From Rhodosorus marinus CCMP1338 (taxonomy: Eukaryota; Plantae; Rhodophyta), in assembly GCA_029953675.1 (NCBI GenBank), contig JAMWBK010000013.1:124001-188000 (forward strand): DNA of 64,000 bases, given 5' to 3'. The first letter of the stretch is position 1. Each line of letters starts with the position of its first letter. The notes below the pieces were generated by a model. That model was not told where the DNA came from and did no database searches. It saw only the letters and a list, made by a program, of their open reading frames with translations. Shown in pieces: positions 37,578-50,000 of this stretch. A program made the translations under genes and the position numbers.

Positions 37578-39765
37578 TTCCTGCGACATCTGCAAAGAAA
37601 GCCGCCCCATGAACTCCGAAGGATTTCCGGGCTTATCTCCGCTCCTCCACCTCTCTTCGCTTTCTTTGATGAGATCCTCAAGCTCCTGAGGATGGCGGCA
37701 GTCAGGAGATCTGAGGAAATCGTACAGCGAAGCGGTGGCTTTACGCCTTTCCTCCTCTCGCATCCCGGAAACGAGCAACTCGTAGCCCTGCCAGTCCGGG
37801 ACGTATCCCCGCCTTACCATCTCGCAAAAGCTCGAGATGGCCTGGCTTGAGTTTCGCTGTAGTCGATGGATGCCAATGTCGACCTTGATAGAAGCGGTAT
37901 GTGGAGTAAGATCGTCAGGGTTGGCGTCCACGCCTCGGAGGACGGGCATCGTACGTGTCCCCGCGCTACATACCCAGTAGGAACTCCTGTTGGGGGGGAC
38001 TCCGTAGCGTTTCATTTCGGATAGAGTTGACCGGGCTTCCGCAAGTCTACGAAGCCTTGCATACACTGCAGCGAGCGAGCTGAAAAGGTCCGGCGTTGGA
38101 TGCATTTGTCGACTCCTGAGGAACTCTTGAACGGCAAGAATCTCTCCTACCATGTTGTGTCTAGCATAGCCGTCTATCATGATACTTGCTGTCACCGCAT
38201 CTGGCCTCTTAAAGGGACGAGACCTGGTCCACCTGCCAATTCGCGGTTGGGGAGCTCAGCCGTCGGTATTCCATTGAACAACCGTCTGCGCTGTTGATCA
38301 GTCGGTCCAAGCGCACCGGTCGAAGATTCTTGAGGCCGCGTCGAGTCCTTCCTGGCCGTTGTCCTTTGTGAGTCCGGATATCAGCGCATCCTGCGAGCTC
38401 CGTTCCGTTTCCACGCCAAATGTTTTGAGACTTCCCTCGTAGGTTCGAATAGCCGCTTTTAAATTGCCGCTTGCACAGTACGCGGTGATCAGTGCGTCCA
38501 GGTACGCTGGTGTCAATGTTTCGGTAAGCGTCTTGAGCACATTCCTCACGTGATGTACGTCTCCAAGACGGGCGTAAACGTTCAGAATTGCCTCGTTTAC
38601 TCCATGAGTTAAATCGATCTTCTCGTCCCTTGCACGCAGGTATACGTCGCGAGCTTGCTCGAAGCAACCTACAGCGAGCAATCCGATCCTTAGACACCAC
38701 GGACTGCCGCAGTGGCTTTTCGCACGCGAGTCCCTCGAATGGAGTTGGGAGGCATTTACCAAACGACGCCAGGGAACGAATACCTGCTTCGTACAGTTCC
38801 GACTTTTGCAAAGACCACGTCTTCTCGCCGACGTCGCTGACAAGCTCCTTGAACGCTCCAAAATGCTTCCTCCGCAAGTACATTTTCATGAGGCTTTGCA
38901 ACCCAGCGGATTTCGTCGGGACTCCGCGCTTCCGTGCTAGCTCAAGGACACTCTCGGCCTGATTGAGGTCGTTCATTTCTTCGAAAGCCTCGAGGAGCAC
39001 GCGGTACACATGACTCGGCGTTTTCGTTCCTATCAACGGAACGACCATTCAGAAAACGCAACCAGGTTCGGACAGCTTTTTTGACCAGGTCTTGACGACA
39101 GGTTGGTCTACTTTTCGGGCACCTCGAGAGCTCATAAAGTCGAGAACCTTGAGACACGCGTCAACGTTCCTCGCTTCCGCGTACGCGCAGGCGACCTCCT
39201 CGAAAAAGATCGTATTGGTCGGAATCTTGCCATCGATCCCATCATGGCATAGCCTGTCCAACTCTTGGAGCTGTCCATACCTACTGAGCACCGATACCAC
39301 GAGAGCCATGGTCTGTCCACACGGTGGGGAAAGGGTGGAGTGGATTCTGAACGCCTCGATAAACCCATAGATCTGTTAAGTTCCAGTATTCGTTAAGATA
39401 CTTGCTCTAAGCTGCAGTTGCTTGGCTTGCGTAGTTGTTCCTACATCACCGTCCCGTACGAACGCAACATACACTGTTTGCCACATCTTCAGAGTTGGAG
39501 GGACTCCATAATGGTCCTTGTAGGTTCTAACATGCGTCAGAAGCCTGCGCGGCTTCTCTAAGCCGGAGTGGGCCTCGACGATGTCCTCCATCTCGTTTGT
39601 CGACAGCGTTCTTCCTCGACGTTCAGATTCTTCAACGCTCTTTCGCAACCTCCGCACTGCCACCAACTTGTCATGGCGCATCGAATCACTGAGGAAGCTT
39701 CTCGTTCCAGTCCTCTCCGGAGATCTCAGTGCGTGCTTCATCCAGAGTGACATACGATGGCTCAT
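37524..39765 (-). CDS. Pentatricopeptide repeat (P-class) protein, multi-exon
   Basis: Repeated ~35-aa helical units, e.g. VYRVLLEAFEEMNDLNQAESVLELARKRGVP, LDALITAYCASGNLKAAIRTYE and FSSLAAVYARLRRLAEARSTLSEMKRYGVPPN. Confidence 0.85.
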
Positions 39766-40281
39766 CTTGAAAAGGTCGGATTCTCGCTCAAAAACTACAA
39801 AGGCGGGGAAAGATAGATGCTACTAGGTCCTGTGCAGCTAAAAGCCTGGAGATCTCTCAGCCGCTCCCAAACGCTCTATGTATCACTAGCCAAGATTTCT
39901 CCCTTCTTCAACACTCCCCACGAACGAAGACCCCGTTTTCCTCACGTTTTGGCCGGATCGATCAGCAAGGCGTCTCTCGTCATTCCTATTGACATAAAAC
40001 GTTTCGCAATCATTCGTCAGGTATCTAGACCCTGCAAAATCATTCACCATTCAATAAACAGGGGAGGATGCGACTTGTTAGTCGCGAGTTGTGATTGGCT
40101 GATCAACACGAACGTTCAGGGGTCATCTTGGCCCTGGTAAAAGTTTTCGTAATTTAGCTGTGCTTCGGTACCATAGGCCACCCGGATTTCGAAACGATGA
40201 TTGGCCAAATTGTCGATGACGGGTAACGCTTTAACTGGAGAGCTCCCTAGTGGAGCGCCTAGAGAGAGGTTAAGGTGTCGA

Positions 40282-41275
40282 TCAACGGGTTACGAAAACC
40301 CTAGTAGGTTGGACACATACGGTTTTTTTTGATACATTCCACGCGCCTGCCTGATCAAGTCGAACGAGAACCTGTGGCACGATCCGGCACCGCACCGGGC
40401 GTGACCTACTTGAGTGGAATTGGCCTGCAAGTCCAGAGCGGCCCTCCCCGGCAACTGATCGGTCTGCTTCCGCAGTCGACTTAAACCGTCTCGACGCATA
40501 AATGACACAAACGTGTCGTCGTGGTGGTCTCATACTTGGACTCCCTGCATACTTCCGGCCGTTTGGGCCGTATAGGTGGCCTCGCAAGACATGGCTGGCC
40601 TTTTCAAAAAGGACGGGAGAGTTTCCCAAGGATCAGGCCAGTTTTTTCAGAGTGAAAACTACCCTAGTGCGACGCCATCGTCCATGGTGGAGGTGCCGCC
40701 CACCACGTAGGTCGAGCAAAATGTCAACGAGTACCACGACGCCTTGTCCGACCCGGAAGATTTCATCCCTGGCGCCTTGAGGCGTATGGAAGCCTAACTG
40801 GGTCACAAACCTTGCGGAATCTGTGCAGCCACTTGGTAATAGGCCCAAAGCGACTGCATGGATCGACGGCTTCCTTGAATTGAACCACCGCGTGGTGCTT
40901 TGGTGGCCGGATCGCTCTCAGAACCAGTGCCCTAGATTCAAACCTTGCACAAAAGATGGGGTCGTTCACCCTCTAGTGATTCTCCATATGAGAGGTGAAA
41001 TAAAGGCATCGGATCCAGAACGAAAGTCTCAGCAACCCGATCAGAGACTCTGAGTTGAATAGATCCAATTCTCGAGCCATCAAACGTTTGGGTGTTACAC
41101 TATGATAAGCAGCTGCGGAATAATGGCTGCGGGCTCGTCCCTGCTTATTAACTCCTGAACTAGAGCTTTCTTTTTGTAGTTTCATGAAAGATACGATCTG
41201 TTCTCGTCTCATATGTAGCCTTCCAGCTGCATCGAGAACGAAGTGATCAGGAGATCTATCTCGGCTGGGAAACAC
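40282..41275 (-). mobile_element. Degenerate Ty3/gypsy reverse transcriptase fragment
   Basis: RELDLFNSESLI, VRLPY (MPFG-like), DEIFR..VVVLVDILL (YLDDIL-like) and LKKLA..VLRGHLYGPNG (FLGH..GI-like) occur in order across frameshifts. Confidence 0.6.
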
Positions 41276-41889
41276 GATTTGACTCAGGATTGCCCCGGTC
41301 AGACGTGACTCGCTCGTCTGTCACGCAAGAAGTTGATCTTCTTTTGTTGCAATGGACGAACAACGTACGATATTGTATGGAACTAGCAATTTCCCTCTCC
41401 AAGAGATCCGCGTACGACCTGCAGCGCAACAAGGAGATGTGGCTGCCGATGTCAACTAAAGCAATTCTACGGAAAAAGCCCACCCAAGGCCAGTTCTCTG
41501 TTGGAAACCGGAGATGTCATTCACAATGATCTTATCGGAATTGAAAATCGCCCATACCCCACAAGCTCAGGTTCTTGCAGAAAGCGGCTGAAAAAAAATA
41601 GCAGACAATAAATAGCTCCTTATTACATGTGGAGGGATCCAAAAAATCTCAGTCGCTTGCTAGAAAAATCCAAGCTCACTTAACCGGTGAACAGATTTTA
41701 TCGTTCTCCACCACCCCCACCTCCACTAGAGGGTAGACAAAACATAACAACTCAATTTACGCGCGCTATCCCTGCGATAATTTATCGGAGTTATGGCCGG
41801 CATATCTTTCAAAAAAAACTAATCATAGGGGGAGGGAGGGGGAATGCCGCTCGCACAAGTGTGCCCATAACGAACAACATGAAACCAAA

Positions 41890-42265
41890 ATCGAATCGGA
41901 GCTGCCTCGATCAACTTCGGCTACTGAGTCCCCCAGGATGGATTACAGACCTCCTGGTCTCGGACGCAGCCACCTAGTTCTCAGAATATGTGGATCTCGC
42001 TATCACTTGCCCAGTGCCAACTACCTATCTTCCATCCGCCGCCCGTCAGCGACAGAAGGGACGACGGTACGTCGAGAGCATGCCCAGCCTCGCCCTGCGC
42101 CGAGGAAAGGATGCAAAGGTTTCAGCCTTTCATCGTGGAGCTTGGAGTGGGTTGAAATATGTCTACTGACCATCCCGGTTCAGGCTCGCTTTTTGCCGAT
42201 ATTTCTAAGCTAGCCGAGGCTCAATACCACCGCCTTGGCTTGCAAGCTTTTGTTCTACCGTACTG
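41890..42265 (+). pseudogene. Decayed copy A of the RLE retroelement C-terminus
   Basis: IESELPRS, ITDLLVSDAA*, YVDLAITCPV, RRYVESM and RFQPFIVE align with the intact ORF just downstream, with a stop, frameshifts and a deletion. Confidence 0.85.
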
Positions 42266-42352
42266 ACTCAAATGACCCCCAAATCTCCCCCACCCCACCC
42301 CGGAACCCTGCGTAACGCTTGAGGCTATGCTTTCTTCTACGCTCACACAGTC

Positions 42353-43153
42353 ATGCTCAATTCTCCTCTCACGCCGCCTACCACTGCCGCTCGTCTCCGC
42401 GGCATGGGAGGCCACCTCTCGCACTTGTGGTTAACCACTCTACCGTCGTCATTGAGTCATCGTCTCGATGCTTTCCAGTTCCGTTCTGCCGCACGGATCT
42501 ATCTCGGTTTGCCACAGGCTCCGTGGCACTCTAATCGGCCGTCTTTCTGTCAGGGATGTGAGAGCCGGATTGACGCTTGTGGCTACCACTTCCTGGGTTC
42601 CTGCGGACTGTTGCGAGGTCTCCGTACGAGGCGTCACACTCGCCTCAAGTACATCCTCAGCGAATTTTTGACTCGGATAGGGCATACGGTTGAGGTTGAG
42701 TCGGAACTGCCCAGATCAATCTCGGACTCTGCACCGCCCCGTTGTATAGCCGATCTCCTCGTCTCTGACGCTGCTGCCAGACGCTCAACATATGTGGACC
42801 TTGCGATTACCTGCCCCGTGGCCAGCGCCCACCTCACCGCAGCCGCCCGCCGCCGGGGGGCCGCGGCTTCAGCCCTTCGAAGAGTTAAGGAACGACGGTA
42901 TGCTGAGAGCATGGCCAGTCTGCCTTGCGCTGAGGGTCGCTCTCACCGGTTCCAGCCATTCATTGTGGAAAGCTTTGGTCACGTCGATAAGTCGGGTTTA
43001 GAGTGGTTGCGGAAATGTTTTGCTGAGCATCCTACTGAATATTTGGCGCTCTTGAGGCGTTTAAGTGTCTCCCTTTGGCGATATTCCAGCGACATGCTTT
43101 CCGAGGCGCGCCATCGGCGCCTGGGGTTGCATACTTCCCTCCCTAGTTATTAG
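42353..43153 (+). mobile_element. Intact ORF for zinc knuckle plus restriction-like endonuclease: 3' part of an RLE-type (CRE-like) non-LTR retrotransposon
   Basis: Motifs ARL..WLTTLP..FR.AARIYLGLP, C-x2-C-x9-H-x4-C, RRH, ADLLV..YVDLAI..KERRY and FQPFIVESFG. No RT domain upstream; in-frame TGA at 42320. Confidence 0.8.
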
Positions 43154-43190
43154 TTCATCTTCACGCCTTGCGTAGCGCTTCAGGCTATGC

Positions 43191-43227
43191 TAGTAAAGTC
43201 CAGTAAAGTCCAGTAAAGTCAAGTAAA
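43191..43227 (+). repeat. 10-bp tandem repeat (AGTAAAGTCC-like, 3 to 4 copies) just after the RLE ORF
   Basis: ctagtaaagtc cagtaaagtc cagtaaagtc aagtaaa. Confidence 0.85.
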
Positions 43228-43689
43228 CGGCATCAAAACCACCTCATCCCGCCCCGTCACCCTGAACTACTTTTGGTCGGTAAGGCTAACCACCAAAAAC
43301 AATCCAGCCATAAACAATAGAAAAACAATTTGCACTCAAAAATATGTTTGCATTTTATTATACATTTTTATTATACCAAATCAAAAGGTCCAAAATTAGC
43401 AATCCAAACCTCCACGCCAAAACACATTCTTGCAAATGTGGACGTTATTACACATAAATTGATCCTCAGATAGTATGCTAGTACGAGATAATTCTAATAA
43501 AAACAATATTTCATTTTTGTACTATGTACAAACGATAGTATTGTCTTCCAATAATAGCAATTGTCAAGAAAAAAATTCATTAAAAAAACTTACAGTATAG
43601 CGTTTATTTATTGTTCTATTCTTGTTCCTCTTTTTGACAAAATTTGGTCGCCTGGGTGTGCGTCCAGCGTTCCTGAATTCAGTGGGCGA

Positions 43690-44200
43690 TTTGAGTGCGT
43701 AGTTGTGTTTGGCCTCTTGTGGGAAGGTTCAGGGGGCGCAGATTTGTCGGCATACGCGGCTTAACCGTTTACTGGTCCGCTGCCTTTGTTCTTGGGAGCT
43801 CGGCACGGACGGGGAAGTGGAGTGTGGGAGTCCCTCTGACAGTCGGCAGTGGCTGATGAGGGTGGCCCGGTTGTGCGTGGGGGTGGCGGACCTGATGGTG
43901 ACAGATCTGAGTGCCTGTCGAAGTGAGTATATCTAAATTTCTCTTCATTTTCCCTAGACGATCAGGGTACACCTTCCTAACTCCGCTCGGCGCCGTGGAG
44001 CTGCAGCTCGGGTCAATGCGGCAAAATTGAAAGAACCTCAGTACGCTGCGGCGATGTTACACACCACGCGACTCGGCATTGTCAGATCGGCTTGTTCCAC
44101 TTCATCATCGAGTGCTTTGGCTTGGTTGATAGTGTAGGTTCTACACTTCGCTTCGTGCTCCCCATTCGGTAGCGGGCAAGGTCGTTCGCATAGCCTCCTC
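43690..44200 (+). pseudogene. More diverged copy C of the RLE retroelement C-terminus
   Basis: CLASCG..RHTRL..VADLMVTD..SEYI*, then ARRRGAAA..KEPQYAAAM and FHFIIECFGLVD, collinear with the intact ORF. Confidence 0.75.
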
Positions 44201-45345
44201 ACGCAGCTGTTTTCGGTCCTTGCTCTGGTTAACCGGAAAACCAACAACCCCGGGTGGATGTCCTACGAGTGGAACAGGGGAATCGCAACTGTGTGACTAC
44301 TAAATATATCTTACCGTGCCAAACGCTTCCTTTATAGTTTGGAAAGCACGTCACCATCAGCGTCTTCCTCACCACCAGCTCGCGAGCGCAGAACGTTAAA
44401 CAAATGGCTGTAACAAAACGGTCGCCAAAAATAGAAGTAGAAATTCCGATCAAAATTCTAACTAGGGTATTTTATACCAAAAAATCCAAAAATTGGCCCC
44501 AGAAAATAGCACTGATTGATTATAAAAATTTCCAATTTTGACAGCCTGTCAAATTCCATCGCGGTTTACATTTGAAATGCAACGAGATCCCCATATGCTT
44601 CCAATCCAGTTTGGGCATGTGAAGTACAAAAATAAACATTATATGATAAAATCAATTCCAAATCGATGGTAAGTTGCTCAAGGAGATATAGTTTATCTAC
44701 CCTAAGGGTAACCAACAAGAACCGTCGGATAATATCTAATTATGAATATATTAGTAACGATTACTTTAGATATTATGCATTCTTTTCTTAGGGGGTACGG
44801 GAGAATGTTATGGTATAGGGGGGGAATTACTGATATTTGACGAGGAGAGTGGAGGGGGGTGAAGATATGATTAAGTGGGAGGCGATTATGTATTTTTTAT
44901 TACATATTAAATCGGAGTATTGAGAATTGCTGTGTAAGTTTTTTTTACCCCTTAGTGTGTTGTACAGTGACGAACAGTCCGCCCCGACTGGAAAAAAAAA
45001 AAAAGTTAGAAAATTTGTTTGGCCAGAGTTTTTTGATCTTTTTTTTTTTTGGTGCAATTGGTGTCCTGATGTACAGCCCACGTGAAAGCGGGGAAAAAAT
45101 GATCTCGTTTTGAGGTCTACATAAGGAGTTGGTTTGGAGGTTTGGGAGGTGGTAGTAGTTCTTGGGGGGGAGGGAAGGTGGTGGTAGTGGTAGGGGTAAC
45201 GTGTAGGGTGTTTTTTTTTCTGGTTGGTAGGGAGATAATCAGGTATTTGTTGCTTTTGTTTAGATTGATTGGGGAGGTTAAGTGGAAGTAGAAGGAGTAC
45301 ATGTATATATAAACTGTGTGTAGGTGTTAGGTGAGGTTTTCGTAG

Positions 45346-45846
45346 GTGGGGGAGAGTTGGCCGAGGATGATTGTGACAAGCAACGAATCGATTATGATGA
45401 TGCAGGAGCGTGAATGGGATTTTGAGTTGATCATGGTTGGAGAAGATTCTGATAGGGAAGAAAGGGATGATTTTGAGGACGAGGAGGAGGTGCGGTTGAG
45501 GAGGATGCGGGCGCAGATGAGAATGGCGAAGGAGAGGGCCTACGCGCAGAAAAAGAGGATGAGGCTTAAGCGACAGATTCAGAGGCGTGTGAGGATGGCT
45601 AATGCGGAATTGGAGGAGGCGAGAACGAGCATGGAAGAAAGGCATGAACACTTTGTTAGCCTGACTGAGGCCTTGTCTTTGGAGAGCTCGTTGTATGATG
45701 CGTCAAGCTTCAATTCCGAACTGTTGCTGCCAAAGTTTGCATTGCTTAGTGGTGAGAGCTTAGTGGACTCTCCCACAAGCTCAATTGACTGTCCGACAAC
45801 CAAGCGTGTAACTTTTAGCACCGAGCTGGAGGTATTTACGGACTAG
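45346..45846 (+). CDS. Hypothetical acidic/coiled-coil protein with C-terminal KRVTF motif
   Basis: Intronless ORF with a charged helical segment, preceded by the G-rich leader seen at other gene starts in this window. Start codon uncertain. Confidence 0.6.
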   Translation: MGESWPRMIVTSNESIMMMQEREWDFELIMVGEDSDREERDDFEDEEEVRLRRMRAQMRMAKERAYAQKKRMRLKRQIQRRVRMANAELEEARTSMEERHEHFVSLTEALSLESSLYDASSFNSELLLPKFALLSGESLVDSPTSSIDCPTTKRVTFSTELEVFTD

Positions 45847-47031
45847 TCTTCACGACTGGATATGCCCCTAACAGACAGACTTAGGAAAAGGAAAACCTAC
45901 CCAATTTGCACAGGAAATAAATTAATCAATATAAGTAACAAGCATAACAGTCTCTATAGAAGTGCCAGCAGAGCTGGAATTCCAGATTATTCCAGAGGCG
46001 CTGGTTGAAAGACGTTGCAGACATCTCACAAGGCCCCTTGGGGGCAAGCGCAGGAACCCATCACACCAACCCAGACTATTTCTTAGAAATGCATTGATGT
46101 AGTTTTGCTTTTACTTCTTGCGTTACAGGCCTCCAATCCGGAAGGCTGACGGCGTGAAGCCAGACTGCGTTAATTCCATAGACACTCTTGTCAAGCGAGT
46201 GAGAGGGCCACCTCCACCGGCCAAGCTTTTTTTTTTATTACATCCTCCCTGTGGGCTTCCCCCTTCTATAGTCGTGTCGTAAAATAGACTTGGGATGTTC
46301 GATTGCCGGATATAGCTGCCCACGAAGCCTTAGCTCCTTTTATACGATCACGGCAGCGGGAAGTTCCTGAAATAGTACTCTGAATTCGATGGAGCCCAAC
46401 TTAATCGAGATTCTCCAATACGCGACAGGTAAAGAGCTTAGATCTGGGTCATGTCACAGCTGAAAGCAGACAACATATGCGTCGTTTGATTTGATATGCC
46501 GTGTCGCCCACCCATGGCTTAGCACGGAAGCGAAACGAATCCGCTAACCTAAAGCATTAAATATCCTGAGGGTCGTCCTATCAAGTAATGCGAATAAAAT
46601 TAAATAGAAACGATGCAGCTTCGAAAATACTTTTTTTACTCAGCACAATTTTCAGCTTTTATATGAAAAATAATGGAGGTAGTCTACGTTAAACCAATCG
46701 TAGTCTATTTAAAACGTGTATGTTACAAAATATATTTTAAACAATCTATGTTACCCAATTAAATGTGCTTAGGTGTTTTGGCGGTGTAGAAAAAAGTAAA
46801 TTTCAAGTTCATCTTCAGAGCCTTGGGCCTTTCGCGGGTCGTTGCTTGGCTGCTCTGGACGTAGGGATGCTGTGATTGATTCAGGTGATTTTCTCTGGTA
46901 AGCTTTTCCAAGCGGACGTGTCAGTCAGATTTCATTGTACATCGATTCATGCAATCTACAGTACACAGGGATCGGGCCGTGTCACATGCTCCCGGTCCCC
47001 TAGGAGAAAATAAATACGACGAGCATCCTGA

Positions 47032-50000
47032 TTAGGAGGCGTTCTCTTGCACAATGTTGCTCAGCGTCCGATTCTTGCCTCCGACCAGAAGCTCGCATGA
47101 TCCGACCGCAGCATCGGTCGACGGGGATGGTACCGAAAACTCTGGAACCGTTGTTGCGGATGTCATCAAAGACTTCTCTTCGAGCACGCTTATCAGGCGC
47201 GAGAGGAACGAACAGCCTCCCTTCAAGGTCGACGATGAACCCACAATGATCAATTTCGCGCGAGCCCGGGTTAGTGCGACGTTTATCCTTCTCCAGTCGC
47301 GAAGAAGGTCTCCCACCCTGAAACAAGTAAAGGGCCAGCGCCAGATCCCGTCACAGTTAGCAGATGTGAAAGCAGTACTAAGATATCAAGGCTACAAGTA
47401 GATGCCTCGCAGCGTACGTACTTCATTTGCGGATTGCTCCGGACAAAGCTTATAATAATACATTTCCGATCGCAGCCTTGAAACTGGTCAATCGTCCGGA
47501 CGTCAACACCCGACGCGAGGCCGCCCAAAACTGAGTTCGCGGCCTTCTTCAGCTTGGATATCTGTGCCCGATAGGGAGAAACTACGCCAACATCCTTTAG
47601 CTCAACCCCTCGCATCTTCAGTGAGGCACAGACTCCCATGACAAGTCCAACCTCGACCGAGTTGGACCTGGATGCTATGACAGTGGAGGCTGGAAGGAAT
47701 AAAGGAGCGCGAGCGTTCTGTCAGTCGAAGATCATTATCCACGTTGCCGAAGCGGATAGAGCAAACTTACCACCCGCACTGGGCATTCGGTCCTCCAGCC
47801 CGTTCACAGTATCAGTGTCGATGAACACAACTCGATTTTCAGGGAGTAAAACCCTCCGTAGCCAGGGAACACTCTCCCCAGCACCAAATATAACCTTATT
47901 AAACTCCGACTGCGCGAGAAGCTCTTTGTCAACCTTGGACACGTCGAGGGTCTGATTCGCAACGGATGAGTTCCCACAGAGCATTGCTCCGTCGTAGACT
48001 AGTCTGTTGCTCAGCTGCATGATGTCCTCGGCCATTCGATACTGATAGTTGAGCGTGGACACGGCGCTAGGATGAGCGTCACAGAGGCGCTTAAAGAGAC
48101 TATCGTTGGCGGTATCCGAGTTCCCAGGGCACTTCGTCAGGGGCGGTAACTGGAAATGGTCGCCAACAAGCACGAACTTGGACTTGCAAAACCTGCATTC
48201 CGCGAGCCGGAACAAGCAACCACAACGGATGAGCAATCAGGAAAGTGGTCAGGGAGGTATTCCCAAGCCAAGCATGAAGTTCCCTTCGGGAGCTGTCTAC
48301 ATGGAGCTCCACATGGCCAGGCATTGAATGTGACTACTCACAAAAGCGGTCCAAGAGAGAACGGGAGAGATACTTGTCCCGCTTCGTCAACGACGACGGT
48401 ATCAAACCGCCTACGACGAAATACCGGGTGCCTAATACCCATGCACGAGCACGCGATGATCTTTGGCGTCTCAACTTGCGCAGCGTACTCCTCTAGAGTC
48501 TCCACGGGCTCTTCTATATTCCTGTGCAATCGTGGGTCAATCTTCGGAAAAGGGAAAAATTGGGATACCGAAAAAAAGAGTCAACTTCTGCAGAATACCT
48601 TGGACCCGTTCGACCATGCAAGAGCTCCGTTGGGGATTGACTACCTGACTCTGACGCCCAAGTCGCAAGAAGCGCTTCTCGCCGCTCTGCAAGAGACGAA
48701 CCAGGACGTTATCCACTGAAGCGTGGGTGAAGCCCACCAGGAGAACACTCTCCCCAGCAGCCACGCATCTCTTGATCAGCGCAACAATCGCATCGGTCTT
48801 CCCTGTTCCAGGCATTCCAAGGAGGAGGCTGTAGTCCTTCGCGGCCTCGGTTCTATGTATCGCGGCCTGTTGGGCGGGGTTCAATGCCTGGAGTTGTGAT
48901 GAGTCAAGGCTTTTCGTAGTCTCTGACGGGGTCAAAGCGAATACTGGCGCTCTTAGATCCACGATGAGGCTACGCAGTTTGCTGCAAAATTCAAATCTAT
49001 GAGGGAGAAATAGGTTCTCCAGGTTGTCCTTTGCGAGGTAAAACCCGCTAGATAACTCGTCCTTGTCAATTCTCCAAGCCATTCTAGCAGCAGAGTTGCC
49101 CTGTCCAAGCCATTGCCTCCTCCGCGCAATATCCCATACTTCATCGTGGCTTTCGACAGAGACAAACTCCTTCCACAGCTGACGCACAAAGCCCGACCCG
49201 AGCGCGGTGTGCAAATGGCCACCTGCCAGAGTAATCGGAAATTACGGTCAGCGAAAACACGGATGAATAACTAAAAGAGTTCGCCCATAAATCGCGGGAA
49301 AGCCGGACTCGTACAAGATCACACGCATAAGCTTCAAGATGGTGTGGTTTACGCGCTTTGCTATGCCGTAGGTCAAACTGGGATTCTAAGAACAATCGTG
49401 ACTTACTTGATTGGCCATGCTCCTGGGTAAGGAGAGAAACCACCACATGGTCCCCAACCTCAATGCCTCTATTCGTGAGAGGAATGCTTGAGTCCTGATC
49501 GCGCCTCTGGAACGTTAGTGGTTGCCCTGAACCTCCTTGCCCGTTTTCACCTGCCGCCTGGGATCCGAAAGAACCGAGCTACTCCTTCAATCCCACTGAT
49601 TTTCAACAGTCTGCGTAAAGCGCCACCACCTATTCAACAGGTTTTTGCTTTCGCAGCGACCAGCCATGGATTGATATGCCGTACCTTCTCGCAAAGCATC
49701 AAGTTTCCCAGGCAGTTGCCATCACGTTCTCTGTCCTCGGCCATCATCGTCCAAATTTCCTTTCGAGACCTCTCGGCATGCCGTTCTTCGCCCGCGATCT
49801 TTGTCCTCCACAGCTTGTAGAACTCCGCGTGCTCCCGCAAGATATGAGCAGTCTTCTCATTGTAGATAGCAGCTCCGGGTCCTACGCTTCCATTTGTAGA
49901 TGGTGGTGCTCGGCCCTCGAGGAGTCTATTCTGGATGACGCAGTTATCTACGGCGAAGCAAGACTTGCAGAGGTTCTCGTATCCTCGCAGGATGGGTGGG

